A stretch of 64,000 nt of DNA from Cyanobium sp. CZS48M (GTDB lineage: Bacteria > Cyanobacteriota > Cyanobacteriia > PCC-6307 > Cyanobiaceae), in the NCBI GenBank assembly GCA_030373145.1, contig JAUCZK010000010.1:3679-67678 (forward strand), in the 5' to 3' direction. Made by a program: the position numbers and the translations under genes. Under the pieces are notes generated by a model. It was not told where the DNA came from. It did not search any database and saw nothing but the letters and a program-made list of their open reading frames with translations. Positions 29,980 through 41,017 of this stretch are shown one piece after another; positions within the stretch are counted from its first letter, which is position 1, and the number at the start of each line of letters is the position of its first letter.

Positions 29980-32900
29980 ATGACCCTCAACGAAGCCCTC
30001 ATCGAAGAGGCGGCCCTGGGCTGGTTCCGGGAGCTGGGCTACACCGTGCTTCCCGGCCCCCAGCTGGCCCCCGGGGAACCAGCGGCGGAACGGGATTCCT
30101 TCAGTGATGTGCTTTTGGTGGGCCGCCTGCGCCAGGCCATCCGCCAGCTCAACCCGGCCATTCCAGACGACGCCCGTGAGGAGGCCCTGCGCAAGCTGTT
30201 GCGGCTGGCCACACCCTTGCTCGTGCAGACCAACCGCGCCTTCCACCGCCTGCTGCGGGAGGGCGTGCCGGTGGAATATCCCCGGCCCGATGGCAGCATC
30301 GCCGGCGACCACGTGCGGCTGGTCGACTTCGCAGCCGTTGCGGCCAACGACTGGCTGGTGGTGAACCAGTTCGCCGTGAGCGACGGTCAGTACAACCGCC
30401 GGCCGGACCTGGTGGTGTTCCTCAACGGTCTGCCCCTCGGCCTGATCGAGCTCAAGAATGCCGCCGCTGAAGGCGCCACCATCTGGAGCGCCTACGCCCA
30501 GCTGCAGACCTACAAAGCCGAGATTCCCGGGCTCCTTCAATACAACGCCGCCCTGGTGGTGAGCGATGGGCTGCAGGCGCGCATCGGCTCGATCACCGCC
30601 AACCAGGAGTGGTACAAGCTCTGGCGCAGCATTGAGGGCGAGGCCGACGCCCCCGCCACGGCCCTGGAGCTGGAAACGCTGATCCGTGGCGTGTTCGCAC
30701 CGCAGCGCTTCCTCGATCTGCTGCAGCACTTCATCGTCTTCGAGGAAGATGCCGATACAGGCGCCCTCCACAAGATCATCGCCGGCTACCACCAGTTCCA
30801 TGCCGTGAACGCGGCGGTGGAGGAAACCGTGCGCGCCAGCGGCATGGGTCCGGCAGCCAGGAGCCAGGGCGGCCGCCCGGGCGACCGCCGCGCCGGGGTG
30901 GTGTGGCACACCCAGGGCAGCGGCAAGAGCTTCTCGATGCTCTTCTATGCCGCCCGCATCGTGCGCCATCCGGCGATGGCCAACCCCACCCTGGTGGTGC
31001 TCACCGATCGCAACGATCTCGACGACCAGCTCTTCGGCCAGTTCCAGCGCTGCGCCGACCTCCTCGGCCAGACGCCCATGCAAGCCGCCAATCGCGAACA
31101 CCTGCGCGAGCTGCTCAACCGCGCCAGCGGCGGCGTGGTGTTCACCACCATCCAGAAGTTCATGCCGGAAAAGGGCGCAGCGATGCCCGAGCTGAGCGCC
31201 CGCGCGAACATCGTGGTGATCGCCGATGAAGCGCACCGCAGCCAGTACGGCTTCGGCGGCAAGGTGAACGAGAAAACCGGAGAGATGTCTTACGGCTTCG
31301 CCAGCAACCTGCGTGAGGCCCTGCCCAACGCCTCCTTCATCGGCTTCACCGGCACGCCGATCGAGCAGACCGACGCCAACACCCGCGCCGTGTTCGGCGA
31401 TTACATCTCCATCTACGACATCCAGCGCGCCGTTGCCGACAAGGCCACCGTGCCGATCTACTACGAGAGCCGCATCTCCAAACTCTCCCTGAACGCCGCC
31501 GCGCTGCCCGGTCTGGACGCCGAATTTGAGGAGATCACCGAAGGCGAGGAGTTCACGCAAAAGGAAAAGCTGAAAACCAAGTGGGCCGCCCTCGAAGCGC
31601 TGGTGGGCGATCCCAAGCGGCTCGCCCTGGTTGCCGCTGATCTCGTGGCGCACGTGGAGAAACGCCTGGAGGCCATGGACGGCAAGGCGATGCTCGTTTG
31701 CATGAGCCGCCGCATCTGCGTCGATCTCTACAACGCCCTGATCCAGCTGCGGCCCGAGTGGGCGCAAGACACGCTCAAAGTGGTGATGACCGGCAGTGCC
31801 GACGACGGCCCCGACTGGCAGCCCCACATCCGCAGCAAGGAGGCCCGCCGCCAGCTCGCCAATCGCTTCAAAGACGCCAACGACCCCTTCAAGATCGTGA
31901 TCGTGCGCGACATGTGGCTCACCGGCTTCGATGCGCCCTGCCTGCACACCATGTATGCCGACAAGCCGATGCAGGGCCACGGCCTGATGCAGGCCATCGC
32001 CCGCGTCAACCGCGTGTTCCGCGATAAACCGGGCGGCCTGGTGGTGGATTACCTCGGCCTCGCCGATCAGCTCAAGCGGGCACTGGCCAGCTACACCGAA
32101 AGCGGCGGCCAGGGCGACCCCACCTTCGACCCCGCCCAGGCCATCGCCGTGATGCTCGAAAAGCACGGCATCGCCTCTGATCTGTTGCACGGTTTTGACT
32201 GGTCGAACTGGACCAGCGGCACACCCAGCGAGCGCCTGCAGCTCCTTCCCGCCGGCCAGGAGCACATCCTGCTGCAGGAGAACGGCAAGCAGCGCTGGCT
32301 GCAGGTGGTGGCCGAACTCTCCCGCGCCTTCGCCCTCTGCGCCGCCAGCGACGAGGCCACCGCCATGCGCGACGACGTGAGCTTCTTCCAGGCACTGCAG
32401 GCCGCCCTCTCCAAGCAAACCAGCAGCACCAGCAAAACGCCCGAGCAGATCGATGCCGCCATCCGCCAGCTGGTGAGCAAGGCCATCACCACCGATGGCC
32501 AGGTGATTGATGTCTTCACCGCCGCCGGCCTGCCCAAACCCGACATCTCGATCCTCAGTGATCAGTTCCTCGCTGAGGTGCGTGGCCTCAAGCACAAGAA
32601 TGTGGCCGCCGAGCTGCTGGAGAAGTTGCTCAAGGATGAACTCAAGGTGCGTTCCAAGCGCAACCTCGTGCAGAGCCAGGTGTTCTCCGAAAAGCTCAAG
32701 ACCACCCTCAACGCCTACCACAACCGCGCCATCTCCACGGCGCAGGTGATCGAGGAGCTGATCGCCCTCGCCAAAGACCTCGATGCCGCCACCAAACGCG
32801 GCGAATCCCTTGGCCTCAGCAACGACGAAGTCGCCTTCTACGACGCCCTTGCCGCCAACGACAGCGCCGTGGCGGCCATGGGCGACGCCAAGCTCAAACT

Positions 32901-33096
32901 GATCGCTGCCGAACTGATCACCCAGGTGAAGAAGAGCGTGTCGATCGACTGGACCCTGCGCGAGAGTGCCCGCGCCAAAATCCGCGTGATGGTGAAACGC
33001 ATCCTCAACAAATACGGCTATCCCCCCGATCTGCAGGAAGAGGCGGTGAAAACCGTGCTCGCCCAGGCGGAGCTGCTCTGCTCCGCCTGGGTGTGA
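29980..33096 (+). CDS. hsdR: type I restriction endonuclease subunit R
   Basis: [51 protein letters not shown]; DUF3387-type C-terminus. Confidence 0.96.
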   Translation: MTLNEALIEEAALGWFRELGYTVLPGPQLAPGEPAAERDSFSDVLLVGRLRQAIRQLNPAIPDDAREEALRKLLRLATPLLVQTNRAFHRLLREGVPVEYPRPDGSIAGDHVRLVDFAAVAANDWLVVNQFAVSDGQYNRRPDLVVFLNGLPLGLIELKNAAAEGATIWSAYAQLQTYKAEIPGLLQYNAALVVSDGLQARIGSITANQEWYKLWRSIEGEADAPATALELETLIRGVFAPQRFLDLLQHFIVFEEDADTGALHKIIAGYHQFHAVNAAVEETVRASGMGPAARSQGGRPGDRRAGVVWHTQGSGKSFSMLFYAARIVRHPAMANPTLVVLTDRNDLDDQLFGQFQRCADLLGQTPMQAANREHLRELLNRASGGVVFTTIQKFMPEKGAAMPELSARANIVVIADEAHRSQYGFGGKVNEKTGEMSYGFASNLREALPNASFIGFTGTPIEQTDANTRAVFGDYISIYDIQRAVADKATVPIYYESRISKLSLNAAALPGLDAEFEEITEGEEFTQKEKLKTKWAALEALVGDPKRLALVAADLVAHVEKRLEAMDGKAMLVCMSRRICVDLYNALIQLRPEWAQDTLKVVMTGSADDGPDWQPHIRSKEARRQLANRFKDANDPFKIVIVRDMWLTGFDAPCLHTMYADKPMQGHGLMQAIARVNRVFRDKPGGLVVDYLGLADQLKRALASYTESGGQGDPTFDPAQAIAVMLEKHGIASDLLHGFDWSNWTSGTPSERLQLLPAGQEHILLQENGKQRWLQVVAELSRAFALCAASDEATAMRDDVSFFQALQAALSKQTSSTSKTPEQIDAAIRQLVSKAITTDGQVIDVFTAAGLPKPDISILSDQFLAEVRGLKHKNVAAELLEKLLKDELKVRSKRNLVQSQVFSEKLKTTLNAYHNRAISTAQVIEELIALAKDLDAATKRGESLGLSNDEVAFYDALAANDSAVAAMGDAKLKLIAAELITQVKKSVSIDWTLRESARAKIRVMVKRILNKYGYPPDLQEEAVKTVLAQAELLCSAWV

Positions 33097-33174
33097 GGGT
33101 GAGGGCCTCACTCAGGGGAGTTCCAAGCAACCCCGCAGCGCCAGATCCAGCACGATCAGCAGCTGGGGAATCCT

Positions 33175-33360
33175 GTGCAGGTGCTCTCGATCGGTGATGG
33201 CGCCAACGCCCGCAGTACCCAGACGGTGGATTGCTACGGCCGCATGGTGGCGGAGGTGATCGGCGGTGTGAACATCAACCCGGCACTGGTGGAAGACGGC
33301 CTGGCGTTTGCCTACCGGCTCCGCCATGGAGTGTGGAGGGGTCCGAGCGGCACCTCCTGA
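33175..33360 (+). pseudogene. thermonuclease (SNase-like) remnant with internal deletions
   Basis: QVLSIGDG...TQTVDCYGRMVAEVIGGVNINPALVEDGLAFAYR...GVW; the RLACIDAPE-type core is missing. Confidence 0.6.
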
Positions 33361-33381
33361 TCGCCCTGCTGGTGGCAGAGA

Positions 33382-34635
33382 TCAGACCGCCTCGAGCTGC
33401 TGCCGCAGGGGCGGCGGCAGGCGAATCCCCGAGAGGAAGGCCAGGATCACCAGCAGACACGAGGCCCACAGGCAGGCCTGCAGGCCGCCCACCAGGAACA
33501 GGGCACCCGACAGCAACGTCCCCACCAGCCGGCCAGCCGCGTTGGCCATGTAATAGAAGCCCACGTTGAGGCTCACCGAGTCGGCATCGGTGTAAGCCAG
33601 CACCATGTAGCTGTGGATCGAGGAATTCATCGCGAACACGGCCCCAAAGGCAGCCAGACCCACCACCAACGCGACGCCGGGATTGCCCACCTCGCGCCAC
33701 AGGCTGATGGCGATCAGGGCGGGAATGGCGGTGAGCACGGCGCTCCAGAACTGCACAGCAGACACCCCTGGTGGGCCGCTTTTGCCCCAGCTGCGCCGCA
33801 GGGCCGGCACTGAGGCCTGGATGATCCCGTAGCCGATCACCCAGAGGCCCATGAAGCCACCCGCTTCCCAATACTTCCAGCCCAGCACCGATTGCAGAAA
33901 CACCGGCAGGGCCACAACGAACCAGACATCTCGGGCGCCGAATAGGAAGAAGCGCGCCAGCGACAGCACGTTGATGCCCTTCGATTTGGAGAACAGGGCA
34001 GTGATGGCCGGTTTCTCCTTCATGCGACCGATCTCACCGGGCAGCACCAGGGTCATCAGGAAAGAGAGAAACAGGCCAGCGGCCATGGCCCCAACGGCGG
34101 CACTGAAGCCGATCGTGGCGAGCAGCACCCCGCCGAGAAAGAAGCCCACCCCCTTGAGGGCGTTCTTGGAGCCGGTGAGGATCGCCACCCATTTGAACAG
34201 CTGGTTTTCGCCCCGGCTGTGGTCGTCGGGGGTTTCCGGCACCACCGTCTTGATGGCGCTCTTGGCACTCATCTTGTTGAGGTCCTTGGCGATGCCGCTG
34301 ATCGCCTGGGCCACCATCACATAGGCCACACTCCACCAGCGGGGCCAGTCGTCGGCCACCGGTATCAGCATCAGCAGGGCAGCCACCTGCATCAGCGTTC
34401 CGGCCCAGAGGGTGAGCCGCAGGCCGAAGCGGGCCCCCAGCCAACCGCCATAGAGGTTGGTGATGATGCCGAAGAATTCGTAGAAGAGAAACAGAAAGGC
34501 GATCTCCAGGGTGGAGTAGCCGAGCTGATGGAAGTGGAAGACCACGAGCATGCGCAGGGCCCCATCGGTGAGGGTGAACGCCCAGTAGTTGGCTGTGACG
34601 ACTGCGTACTGCTGCAGTCCCGTGAGCTGTTTCAT
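33382..34635 (-). CDS. arsJ: organoarsenical efflux MFS transporter
   Basis: [41 protein letters not shown]; downstream of a GAPDH. Confidence 0.93.
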   Translation of the reverse strand: MKQLTGLQQYAVVTANYWAFTLTDGALRMLVVFHFHQLGYSTLEIAFLFLFYEFFGIITNLYGGWLGARFGLRLTLWAGTLMQVAALLMLIPVADDWPRWWSVAYVMVAQAISGIAKDLNKMSAKSAIKTVVPETPDDHSRGENQLFKWVAILTGSKNALKGVGFFLGGVLLATIGFSAAVGAMAAGLFLSFLMTLVLPGEIGRMKEKPAITALFSKSKGINVLSLARFFLFGARDVWFVVALPVFLQSVLGWKYWEAGGFMGLWVIGYGIIQASVPALRRSWGKSGPPGVSAVQFWSAVLTAIPALIAISLWREVGNPGVALVVGLAAFGAVFAMNSSIHSYMVLAYTDADSVSLNVGFYYMANAAGRLVGTLLSGALFLVGGLQACLWASCLLVILAFLSGIRLPPPLRQQLEAV

Positions 34636-35678
34636 CGGGCGGCACCTTCCAGGGCTGCACGTTCCAACGCAGCCACGTGGCAGGCCAGATCGGCCATGCG
34701 GCAGCTGTAGCCCCACTCGTTGTCGTACCAGGCGTAGACCTTGAGCTGGGTGCCGTTCACCACCAGGGTGGAGAGGGCATCAACAATGGCGCTGCGCGGA
34801 TCGTTGACGTAGTCGATCGATACCAGCGGCCTGGTTTCGTAGCCGAGGATTCCCTGCAACGGCCCGTCGGCGGCGGCCGCGAAGGCGACGTTCACCTGCT
34901 CGGCACTCACCTCCTGCTTGAGCTCGAACACCGCATCAGTGAGCGAGCCATGCAGCAGCGGCACCCGCACGGCGTGGCCGTTGAGCTTGCCCTGCAACTC
35001 GGGGAAGATCATCCCGATCGCCCGCGCCGAGCCGGTGGTGGTGGGGATCAACGATTGCAGGCAGGAGCGAGCCCGGCGCAGGTCGCTCTTGAAGGCATCC
35101 ACCACCACCTGGGTGTTGGTCACATCGTGGAGGGTGGTGATCGAGCCGTGGCGAATGCCGAAGCTCTCGTGCACCACCTGCACCACCGGCGCCAGGCAGT
35201 TGGTGGTGCAGGAGGCGGCGGTGAGCAGGCGGTGGCGGAGCGGGTCGTAGAGCTGGTGGTTGATGCCGAACACCACGTTGAGGGCTTCTGCGCCGGCGAT
35301 CACGCCCTTCACCGGACAGGCCACGATCACCCGCTTCAGGCCCGCCACGCTGAAGTAGGGCTCGAGGGTTTCGGGCGTCTTGATCTTGCCGCTGCACTCG
35401 AGCACCAGGTCCACGCCGGCAGCGCCCCAGGGGACAGCGGTGGGATCCTTCTGCTGGGTGTAGCCCACGGACTGACCGCCAAACCGGAAGCCCGGACCGC
35501 CTGCTTCCACCGGCTGGGGCCAGCGGCCATGCACCGAGTCGAACTCCAGTAGGTGGGCGGCGGCGGCGGCATCCCCGGCCGGGTCGTTGACGTGAACAAC
35601 TGAGATGCCGGGGCGGCCCCAGAGGGCCCGGCAGACGAGCCGTCCGATGCGGCCGAAGCCATTGATGCCGATGCGCAT
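34632..35678 (-). CDS. gap: ArsJ-associated glyceraldehyde-3-phosphate dehydrogenase
   Basis: [32 protein letters not shown]; overlaps the arsJ start. Confidence 0.93.
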   Translation of the reverse strand: MRIGINGFGRIGRLVCRALWGRPGISVVHVNDPAGDAAAAAHLLEFDSVHGRWPQPVEAGGPGFRFGGQSVGYTQQKDPTAVPWGAAGVDLVLECSGKIKTPETLEPYFSVAGLKRVIVACPVKGVIAGAEALNVVFGINHQLYDPLRHRLLTAASCTTNCLAPVVQVVHESFGIRHGSITTLHDVTNTQVVVDAFKSDLRRARSCLQSLIPTTTGSARAIGMIFPELQGKLNGHAVRVPLLHGSLTDAVFELKQEVSAEQVNVAFAAAADGPLQGILGYETRPLVSIDYVNDPRSAIVDALSTLVVNGTQLKVYAWYDNEWGYSCRMADLACHVAALERAALEGAAR

Positions 35679-35743
35679 GGACCGCAACTCCGCCAAATCC
35701 GCGACGATGGGGAGACCGAGGAGCCGCCCTGGGCGGAACCTAG

Positions 35744-35759
35744 ATCAATTTCAGTTGAT
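35744..35759. promoter_or_regulatory. ArsR operator
   Basis: ATCAA-N6-TTGAT between divergent gap and arsR, matching the cyanobacterial ArsR box; a second half-site ATCAA lies at 35762. Confidence 0.7.
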
Positions 35760-35779
35760 TCATCAAGCAAACCTGTTCA

Positions 35780-36115
35780 ATGCGTGTCCTGGATCACCCC
35801 GCCCCGCCCCTGGGTCTCTCCTCGGACCAGGCCCGAGCGCTGCTCAAGGCCCTCGCCGATCCGCTGCGCCTGCAGGTGATCGAAGCCCTCGGCGGCGGCG
35901 AGCGTTGCGTCTGCGATCTCACCGCCGATCTGGGCCTGGCCCAGTCGAAGCTCTCCTTTCACCTCAAGGTGCTCAAGGAGGCCGGGCTGCTGGCCGATCG
36001 GCAGGAGGGCCGCTGGATCTACTACCGCCTGATCCCGGAGGCCATCGAGGGCTTGCGCGGTTGGCTTTCTGCACTGGGCGCCCAGTGCAGAAAGCCTGCG
36101 AGCCCCTGCACGTGA
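35780..36115 (+). CDS. arsR: ArsR/SmtB transcriptional repressor
   Basis: KALADPLRLQVI, ERCVCDL, SKLSFHLKVL, GRWIYY. Confidence 0.92.
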   Translation: MRVLDHPAPPLGLSSDQARALLKALADPLRLQVIEALGGGERCVCDLTADLGLAQSKLSFHLKVLKEAGLLADRQEGRWIYYRLIPEAIEGLRGWLSALGAQCRKPASPCT

Positions 36116-37173
36116 GCGACGTTGCCCCGGCGATCCGGTGGTTGCGCACCAGCCGGACCGGCCATGTCTCGCTGCTGGCCGGTCTCGTGGCCGCCTGGCT
36201 GGTGCTCTACCGGATCAACGAATCCCTCTGGGACGCGGTGCTGTTCGGCTGGCTGGGCCTGTCGCCTGAGGAGCGGCTCAGCGAAGCCCTGCGCTTCTTC
36301 CTCTACGACTCGATCAAGATCGCCCTACTGCTGAGCGGCATCATCTTCCTGGTGACCGTGCTGCGCTCGTATCTGAGCGTGGAGCGCACCCGGGCTCTGC
36401 TGGCCGGGCGCCGCGAGGGGATCGGCAACGTGCTGGCCGGCCTGCTCGGGGTGGTGACTCCGTTTTGCTCCTGCAGTGCGGTGCCGGCCTTCATCGGCTT
36501 CCTGGCCGCGGGCATCCCGCTGGGGGTCACGATGAGTTTCCTGATCGCCAGCCCGATGGTGAACGAGGTGGCGATCGGCCTGCTGTTCAGTCTGTTCGGC
36601 TGGCGGATCACGCTGATCTACATCAGCTCCGGCCTGGCGATCGCGATCCTGGCGGGTTGGGTGCTGGGCCGGCTGCGGCTGGAGCGCTGGGTCGAATCCT
36701 TTGTCTACGAGACCAAACTGCATGGACAGGCCGTGGATTTTTCGCGGGGTCTGTCCTTTGAGCAGCGGCTGCAGATGGGCGCCGAGGAGGTGGCTTCCAT
36801 CCTGCGGCAGATCTGGCCCTATCTGCTGGTCGGCATCGGGGTGGGGGCGTTGATTCACGGCTGGGTGCCCACCAACTTCTTCGCCACCTACGCCGGCCCG
36901 AGCAATCCCTTCGGGGTTCTGGTGGCGGTGGGGATCGGGGTTCCGCTCTATTCCAATGCGGCGGGTGTGATGCCGATGGTGCAGGCGCTCTATGAGAAGG
37001 GACTGCCGATGGGCACGGTTCTCGCCTTCATGATGAGTGTGGTGGCCCTGTCGGTGCCGGAGCTGATCCTGCTGCGCCGGGTACTCCAGCCACCGTTGCT
37101 GGCCGTCTTCTTCTCGGTCACAGGCCTCGGCATCGTGCTGATCGGCTACCTCTTCAATGCCCTCCTGGCTTGA
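36112..37173 (+). CDS. ArsP/DUF318 family permease
   Basis: TPFCSCSAVP, ASPMVNEV, GVPLYSNAAG, ALSVPE. Confidence 0.88.
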   Translation: MSDVAPAIRWLRTSRTGHVSLLAGLVAAWLVLYRINESLWDAVLFGWLGLSPEERLSEALRFFLYDSIKIALLLSGIIFLVTVLRSYLSVERTRALLAGRREGIGNVLAGLLGVVTPFCSCSAVPAFIGFLAAGIPLGVTMSFLIASPMVNEVAIGLLFSLFGWRITLIYISSGLAIAILAGWVLGRLRLERWVESFVYETKLHGQAVDFSRGLSFEQRLQMGAEEVASILRQIWPYLLVGIGVGALIHGWVPTNFFATYAGPSNPFGVLVAVGIGVPLYSNAAGVMPMVQALYEKGLPMGTVLAFMMSVVALSVPELILLRRVLQPPLLAVFFSVTGLGIVLIGYLFNALLA

Positions 37174-37191
37174 TCCTTATCCCCTCCCACC

Positions 37192-37437
37192 ATGGACATC
37201 AAGATTCTCGGCAGCGGCTGCAAGAAATGCATCACCCTGCAGGATCACGCCCGCAAGGGAGCCGCTGAGCTGGGCCTCGAGCCGAGCCTCGAAGCGATTC
37301 ACGATCCGGTGGCCATTGCTGGCTATGGGGTGATGCGTACGCCGGCGTTGGTGATCGACGGGCAGGTTGTGGTGTCCGGCCGGGTGCCCACTGCCGATGA
37401 GGTTCGCTCCCTGCTGAGCAAGGCCTCGAAGGATTGA
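37192..37437 (+). CDS. small thioredoxin-family (redox-active disulfide) protein
   Basis: KILGSGCKKC, YGVMRTPALVIDG. Confidence 0.88.
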   Translation: MDIKILGSGCKKCITLQDHARKGAAELGLEPSLEAIHDPVAIAGYGVMRTPALVIDGQVVVSGRVPTADEVRSLLSKASKD

Positions 37438-37545
37438 GCGAGAAGCGCTGCATCCCCTGGATCAGCCGAGAGCGGCCGTAACGCCTGGTTGATGGCTGAC
37501 ACTCGATTGGACCCGCCAGGGTCATCCTGAAAGCAACCCAGCCTG

Positions 37546-40380
37546 TTGAACCCGGTGCTGCTTTCTGCCTCCCAGCCGATCTGGTCGCTGTCGCTGGAGC
37601 AGGTGTACCCAGGCCTCCGCACCACCCCCGAGGGCCTCAGCCAACCGGAGGCGGAGCAGCGCTTGGAGCGCTATGGCGCCAACCGGCTGCCGCCCCTGAA
37701 GCGCCGGCCCCTGGCCCTGCGTTTCCTCGACCAGATGGTCCACTTCATGGCCCTGCTGCTGTGGATCGCCGGGGTGTTGGCCTTCGTGGCGGGAACGCCA
37801 CAGCTGGGCTGGGCGATCTGGGCCGTGGTGCTGATCAACGGCATCTTCTCGTTCTGGCAGGAGTTCCAGGCGGAGCGAACCCTGGCCGCCCTCACCCGCT
37901 CCCTGCCCCGCCAGGTGCAGGTGTGGCGCGATGGAACGCTTGGCTTCCGCTCCGCCGAAGAATTGGTGGCCGGCGACCGGCTGCTGCTGGAGGAGGGTGA
38001 TCGGGTGCCGGCCGACTGCCGCGTCAGCGTGAGCCATGAGCTCCGCGTCGACCTTTCGGTGCTCACCGGTGAATCGGTGCCGGTGGCGCGTCAGGCCATC
38101 GACCTGTCTGCCATCCAGGCCGAGCTGCGCCTGCCCACCGGCGAGCGGCCCAACCTGCTGCTGGCGGGCAGCACGATCGCCTCCGGCCGGGGCGAGGCGA
38201 TCGTCTATGCCACCGGCTCCGAAACCGAATTCGGCCAGGTGGCCCATCTCACAGCAGGCACGCCGCGCAGCGCCAGCACCCTCGAGCAGCAGGTGGCCCG
38301 CATCGTGCACACGATCAGCACGATCGCCATCACCATGGGCCTGCTCTCCTTCTCCTTGAGCCTGGTGTTCGTGGGCATGACGCCCCTGGAGAGCCTGGTC
38401 TTCGCGATCGGGATCATCGTGGCCAACGTGCCCGAGGGTCTCCTGCCCACCGTCACCCTGGCGCTGGCCTTGAACGTGCAGCGGATGGCGCGGCGGAAGG
38501 CGCTGGTGCGGCGTCTTTCGGCGGTGGAAACGCTGGGTTCGGTGAGTGTGATCTGCAGCGACAAGACCGGCACCCTCACCTGCAACCGCATGGCGGTGCA
38601 GGAAACCTGGCTGCCGGTACCCGGCGAGATCCTGCATCGACTGCTGCTGGAGGGTGCCGCCCTGTGCAGCAACGCCCGCCTCGATGCCGGTGGTGCCGTA
38701 GGCGATCCCACCGAAACGGCCATGCTGCAGGCGGCGCAGGCCGCCGGCCTGGATGCGGCGGAGCGGCAGCGCCTCCACCCGCGCCTACGCGAGATTCCCT
38801 TCGATTCGCATCGTCGCCGCATGACGGTGCTGGTGACCTGGAACGACCCGCCGCTGCCGATCGCCGCCGGCGGCAGCCTGGTGATCACCAAGGGCGCGCC
38901 GCTGGAGGTGCTGGAGCGCTGCGACGACTGGCTCACAGCTGCTGGCAGCGAACCGCTCGATGGAATCCGACGCCAGCGGGTGGTGGCCGCTAACGACGAC
39001 CTTGCCGCCCGGGGCTTCCGGGTGATCGCCGTGGCCCTGCGACCCGGGGCGGAAGAGCTTGATTCGGCGCCGGCGGAGGTCCTGGAATCGGGCCAGACCC
39101 TGATCGGCCTGCTGGGCCTCTACGACCCGCCCCGACCCGAAGTGCCCGACGCCATACGCCGCTGCCGCGACGCCGGCATCAAGGTGACGATGGTAACGGG
39201 CGACTACGGACTCACGGCTCAGGCGATCGCCCACCAGATCGGCCTGCTGGAGCCAGCGTCCACGAATGGCCACCAAGGCACCCGCCATCTCCGCTCCGCC
39301 GGGGCCGATCCCGTACGGGTGATCGAGGGCTCCACCCTGGCCCAGATCAGCGATGTGCATCTACGCCAGTTGCTCAAATACCGCCACCGTCTGGTGTTCG
39401 CCCGCATGGCCCCGGAACAGAAACTGCGGCTCGTGCAGGCTTATCAGGCCCTGGGCGAAGTGGTGGCCGTCACCGGCGATGGCGTCAACGACGCACCGGC
39501 CCTGCGCGCCGCCGATGTGGGACTGGCCATGGGCATCACCGGCACCGACGTGGCCCGTGAGGCGGCCGACATCGTGCTGCTCGACGACAACTTCGCGACG
39601 ATCGTCGAGGCCGTGCGTTTCGGCCGCTCGGTGGTGGCGAACATCGGCAAGTTCATCACCTACATCCTGGCCTCGAACGTGCCGGAGATCGTGCCGTTCC
39701 TGGCGATGGTGGTGCTGCGGATTCCGGCCGCCCTCACGGTGCTGCAGATCCTGGCGGTGGATCTCGGCACCGATCTGCTGCCGGCCCTGGGCCTGGGCTC
39801 CGAGGCCCCGGAGGCGGGGGTGATGCACCAGCCACCACGCCCCCGCCAGCTTCCCCTGCTCAACCGCTCCCTGATGGTGCGGTCCTATCTGGTTTTGGGG
39901 CTTGTGGAGGGACTGATCTCAATGGCGGGTTATCTGCTGGTATGGCACAACAACGGCGTCGACCTGGCCGCCCTGCAGCAGCTGGCACCCGATCTGCTCC
40001 ACCACCGCGCCACGCCTGCGGTGCAGGCAATTCAGCACCAGGCCTCCACGGTGGCCTTCTGCCTGATCGTGGCCGGCCAGATGGGAGCGCTGCTGGCCTG
40101 CCGCAGCGACCGGCGCCCCTTCTGGGAGCTGCTGCCTATCCCCAATCCGTTGCTGTGGCTTGGCTTTCTCAGCGAACCCGTGGTGGCCGGCAGTCTGGTG
40201 CTGGTGGCCCCGATCGCCGCCACGTTTGAAATGGCCCGCTTCCCGCTCGACTACCTCGGCCCGATCGCACTGGCACCAGTGGCGGTTCTGCTCGCAGACA
40301 CCTTGCACAAGCTGCTGATCCGGAAGCGCGGCTGGGGTCAACGTCCTTCAAGGCTGGCGGCGGCGGCACACTTTTCGTGA
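37546..40380 (+). CDS. P-type cation-transporting ATPase (P2-type)
   Basis: LTGES, ANVPEGL, CSDKTGTLT, GDGVNDAPAL. Confidence 0.92.
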   Translation: MNPVLLSASQPIWSLSLEQVYPGLRTTPEGLSQPEAEQRLERYGANRLPPLKRRPLALRFLDQMVHFMALLLWIAGVLAFVAGTPQLGWAIWAVVLINGIFSFWQEFQAERTLAALTRSLPRQVQVWRDGTLGFRSAEELVAGDRLLLEEGDRVPADCRVSVSHELRVDLSVLTGESVPVARQAIDLSAIQAELRLPTGERPNLLLAGSTIASGRGEAIVYATGSETEFGQVAHLTAGTPRSASTLEQQVARIVHTISTIAITMGLLSFSLSLVFVGMTPLESLVFAIGIIVANVPEGLLPTVTLALALNVQRMARRKALVRRLSAVETLGSVSVICSDKTGTLTCNRMAVQETWLPVPGEILHRLLLEGAALCSNARLDAGGAVGDPTETAMLQAAQAAGLDAAERQRLHPRLREIPFDSHRRRMTVLVTWNDPPLPIAAGGSLVITKGAPLEVLERCDDWLTAAGSEPLDGIRRQRVVAANDDLAARGFRVIAVALRPGAEELDSAPAEVLESGQTLIGLLGLYDPPRPEVPDAIRRCRDAGIKVTMVTGDYGLTAQAIAHQIGLLEPASTNGHQGTRHLRSAGADPVRVIEGSTLAQISDVHLRQLLKYRHRLVFARMAPEQKLRLVQAYQALGEVVAVTGDGVNDAPALRAADVGLAMGITGTDVAREAADIVLLDDNFATIVEAVRFGRSVVANIGKFITYILASNVPEIVPFLAMVVLRIPAALTVLQILAVDLGTDLLPALGLGSEAPEAGVMHQPPRPRQLPLLNRSLMVRSYLVLGLVEGLISMAGYLLVWHNNGVDLAALQQLAPDLLHHRATPAVQAIQHQASTVAFCLIVAGQMGALLACRSDRRPFWELLPIPNPLLWLGFLSEPVVAGSLVLVAPIAATFEMARFPLDYLGPIALAPVAVLLADTLHKLLIRKRGWGQRPSRLAAAAHFS

Positions 40381-40415
40381 AGGGATAGAGTCAGGCTTTC
40401 TCGCAAGCATCTTTT

Positions 40416-40520
40416 CTGCTCACCAAATTGGAGGAACTTGGTGATGCCTCCAAGTCCGATCTGGTGGAAACTACCGGCTATGCGAGCAGCAGGAAGGACG
40501 GCAGCGAACGGCTGAGCTTG
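40416..40520 (+). pseudogene. N-terminal remnant of a cyanobacterial AbrB-like regulator (cyAbrB)
   Basis: Hand translation LLTKLEELGDASKSDLVETTGYASSRKDGSERLS resembles cyAbrB N-termini; no start codon and no C-terminal domain. Confidence 0.6.
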
Positions 40521-41017
40521 ATGTCCTCGCTGACTTGGAAGCGGACCGCCGTGACCAGAAGACACTGATGGTTCAGGGCAGCCCCAAGTTCGTTCTTAAC
40601 GAGGGACGCCAAAAGCTAAACGGAAACGTTGGCTATGCTGTCATCGAAGCGAATATCAACGAATTGCTGCGTTCGCCGATTGCCGGTGCGGCCAATTGGT
40701 GTTAGCCCTGAAGCGAATGGCCGGCTCCGGGGCGAGCAAATGCCGCCCAACGAATAAGGATAAATCTTGCGCAGCCACGATCTGATCCGGTGTTGGACAA
40801 GCCCCTTGAAGCTTCTGAGCAGCCGCCTACGGTAGATACGTCCCGCCAGTTTGTTGTGTTGTCAACACTGGGGATTTAGTCTGCCGCGCAGCGGCTGCGT
40901 CCAACATCAGCCTTGAAGGCCTCGCTGTTCCGACGCATTGGTCATCTCCTCCGGATGTTGTGACCATGCGGCAGATGCGGTTCGGTACGCGATCACCTGG
41001 TCATAGGCCAGACCACC

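Noticed and set aside
40856-40868. Palindrome GTGTTG-T-CAACAC
   Set aside because: 6-bp arms are expected many times by chance in 64 kb, and there is no adjacent gene start
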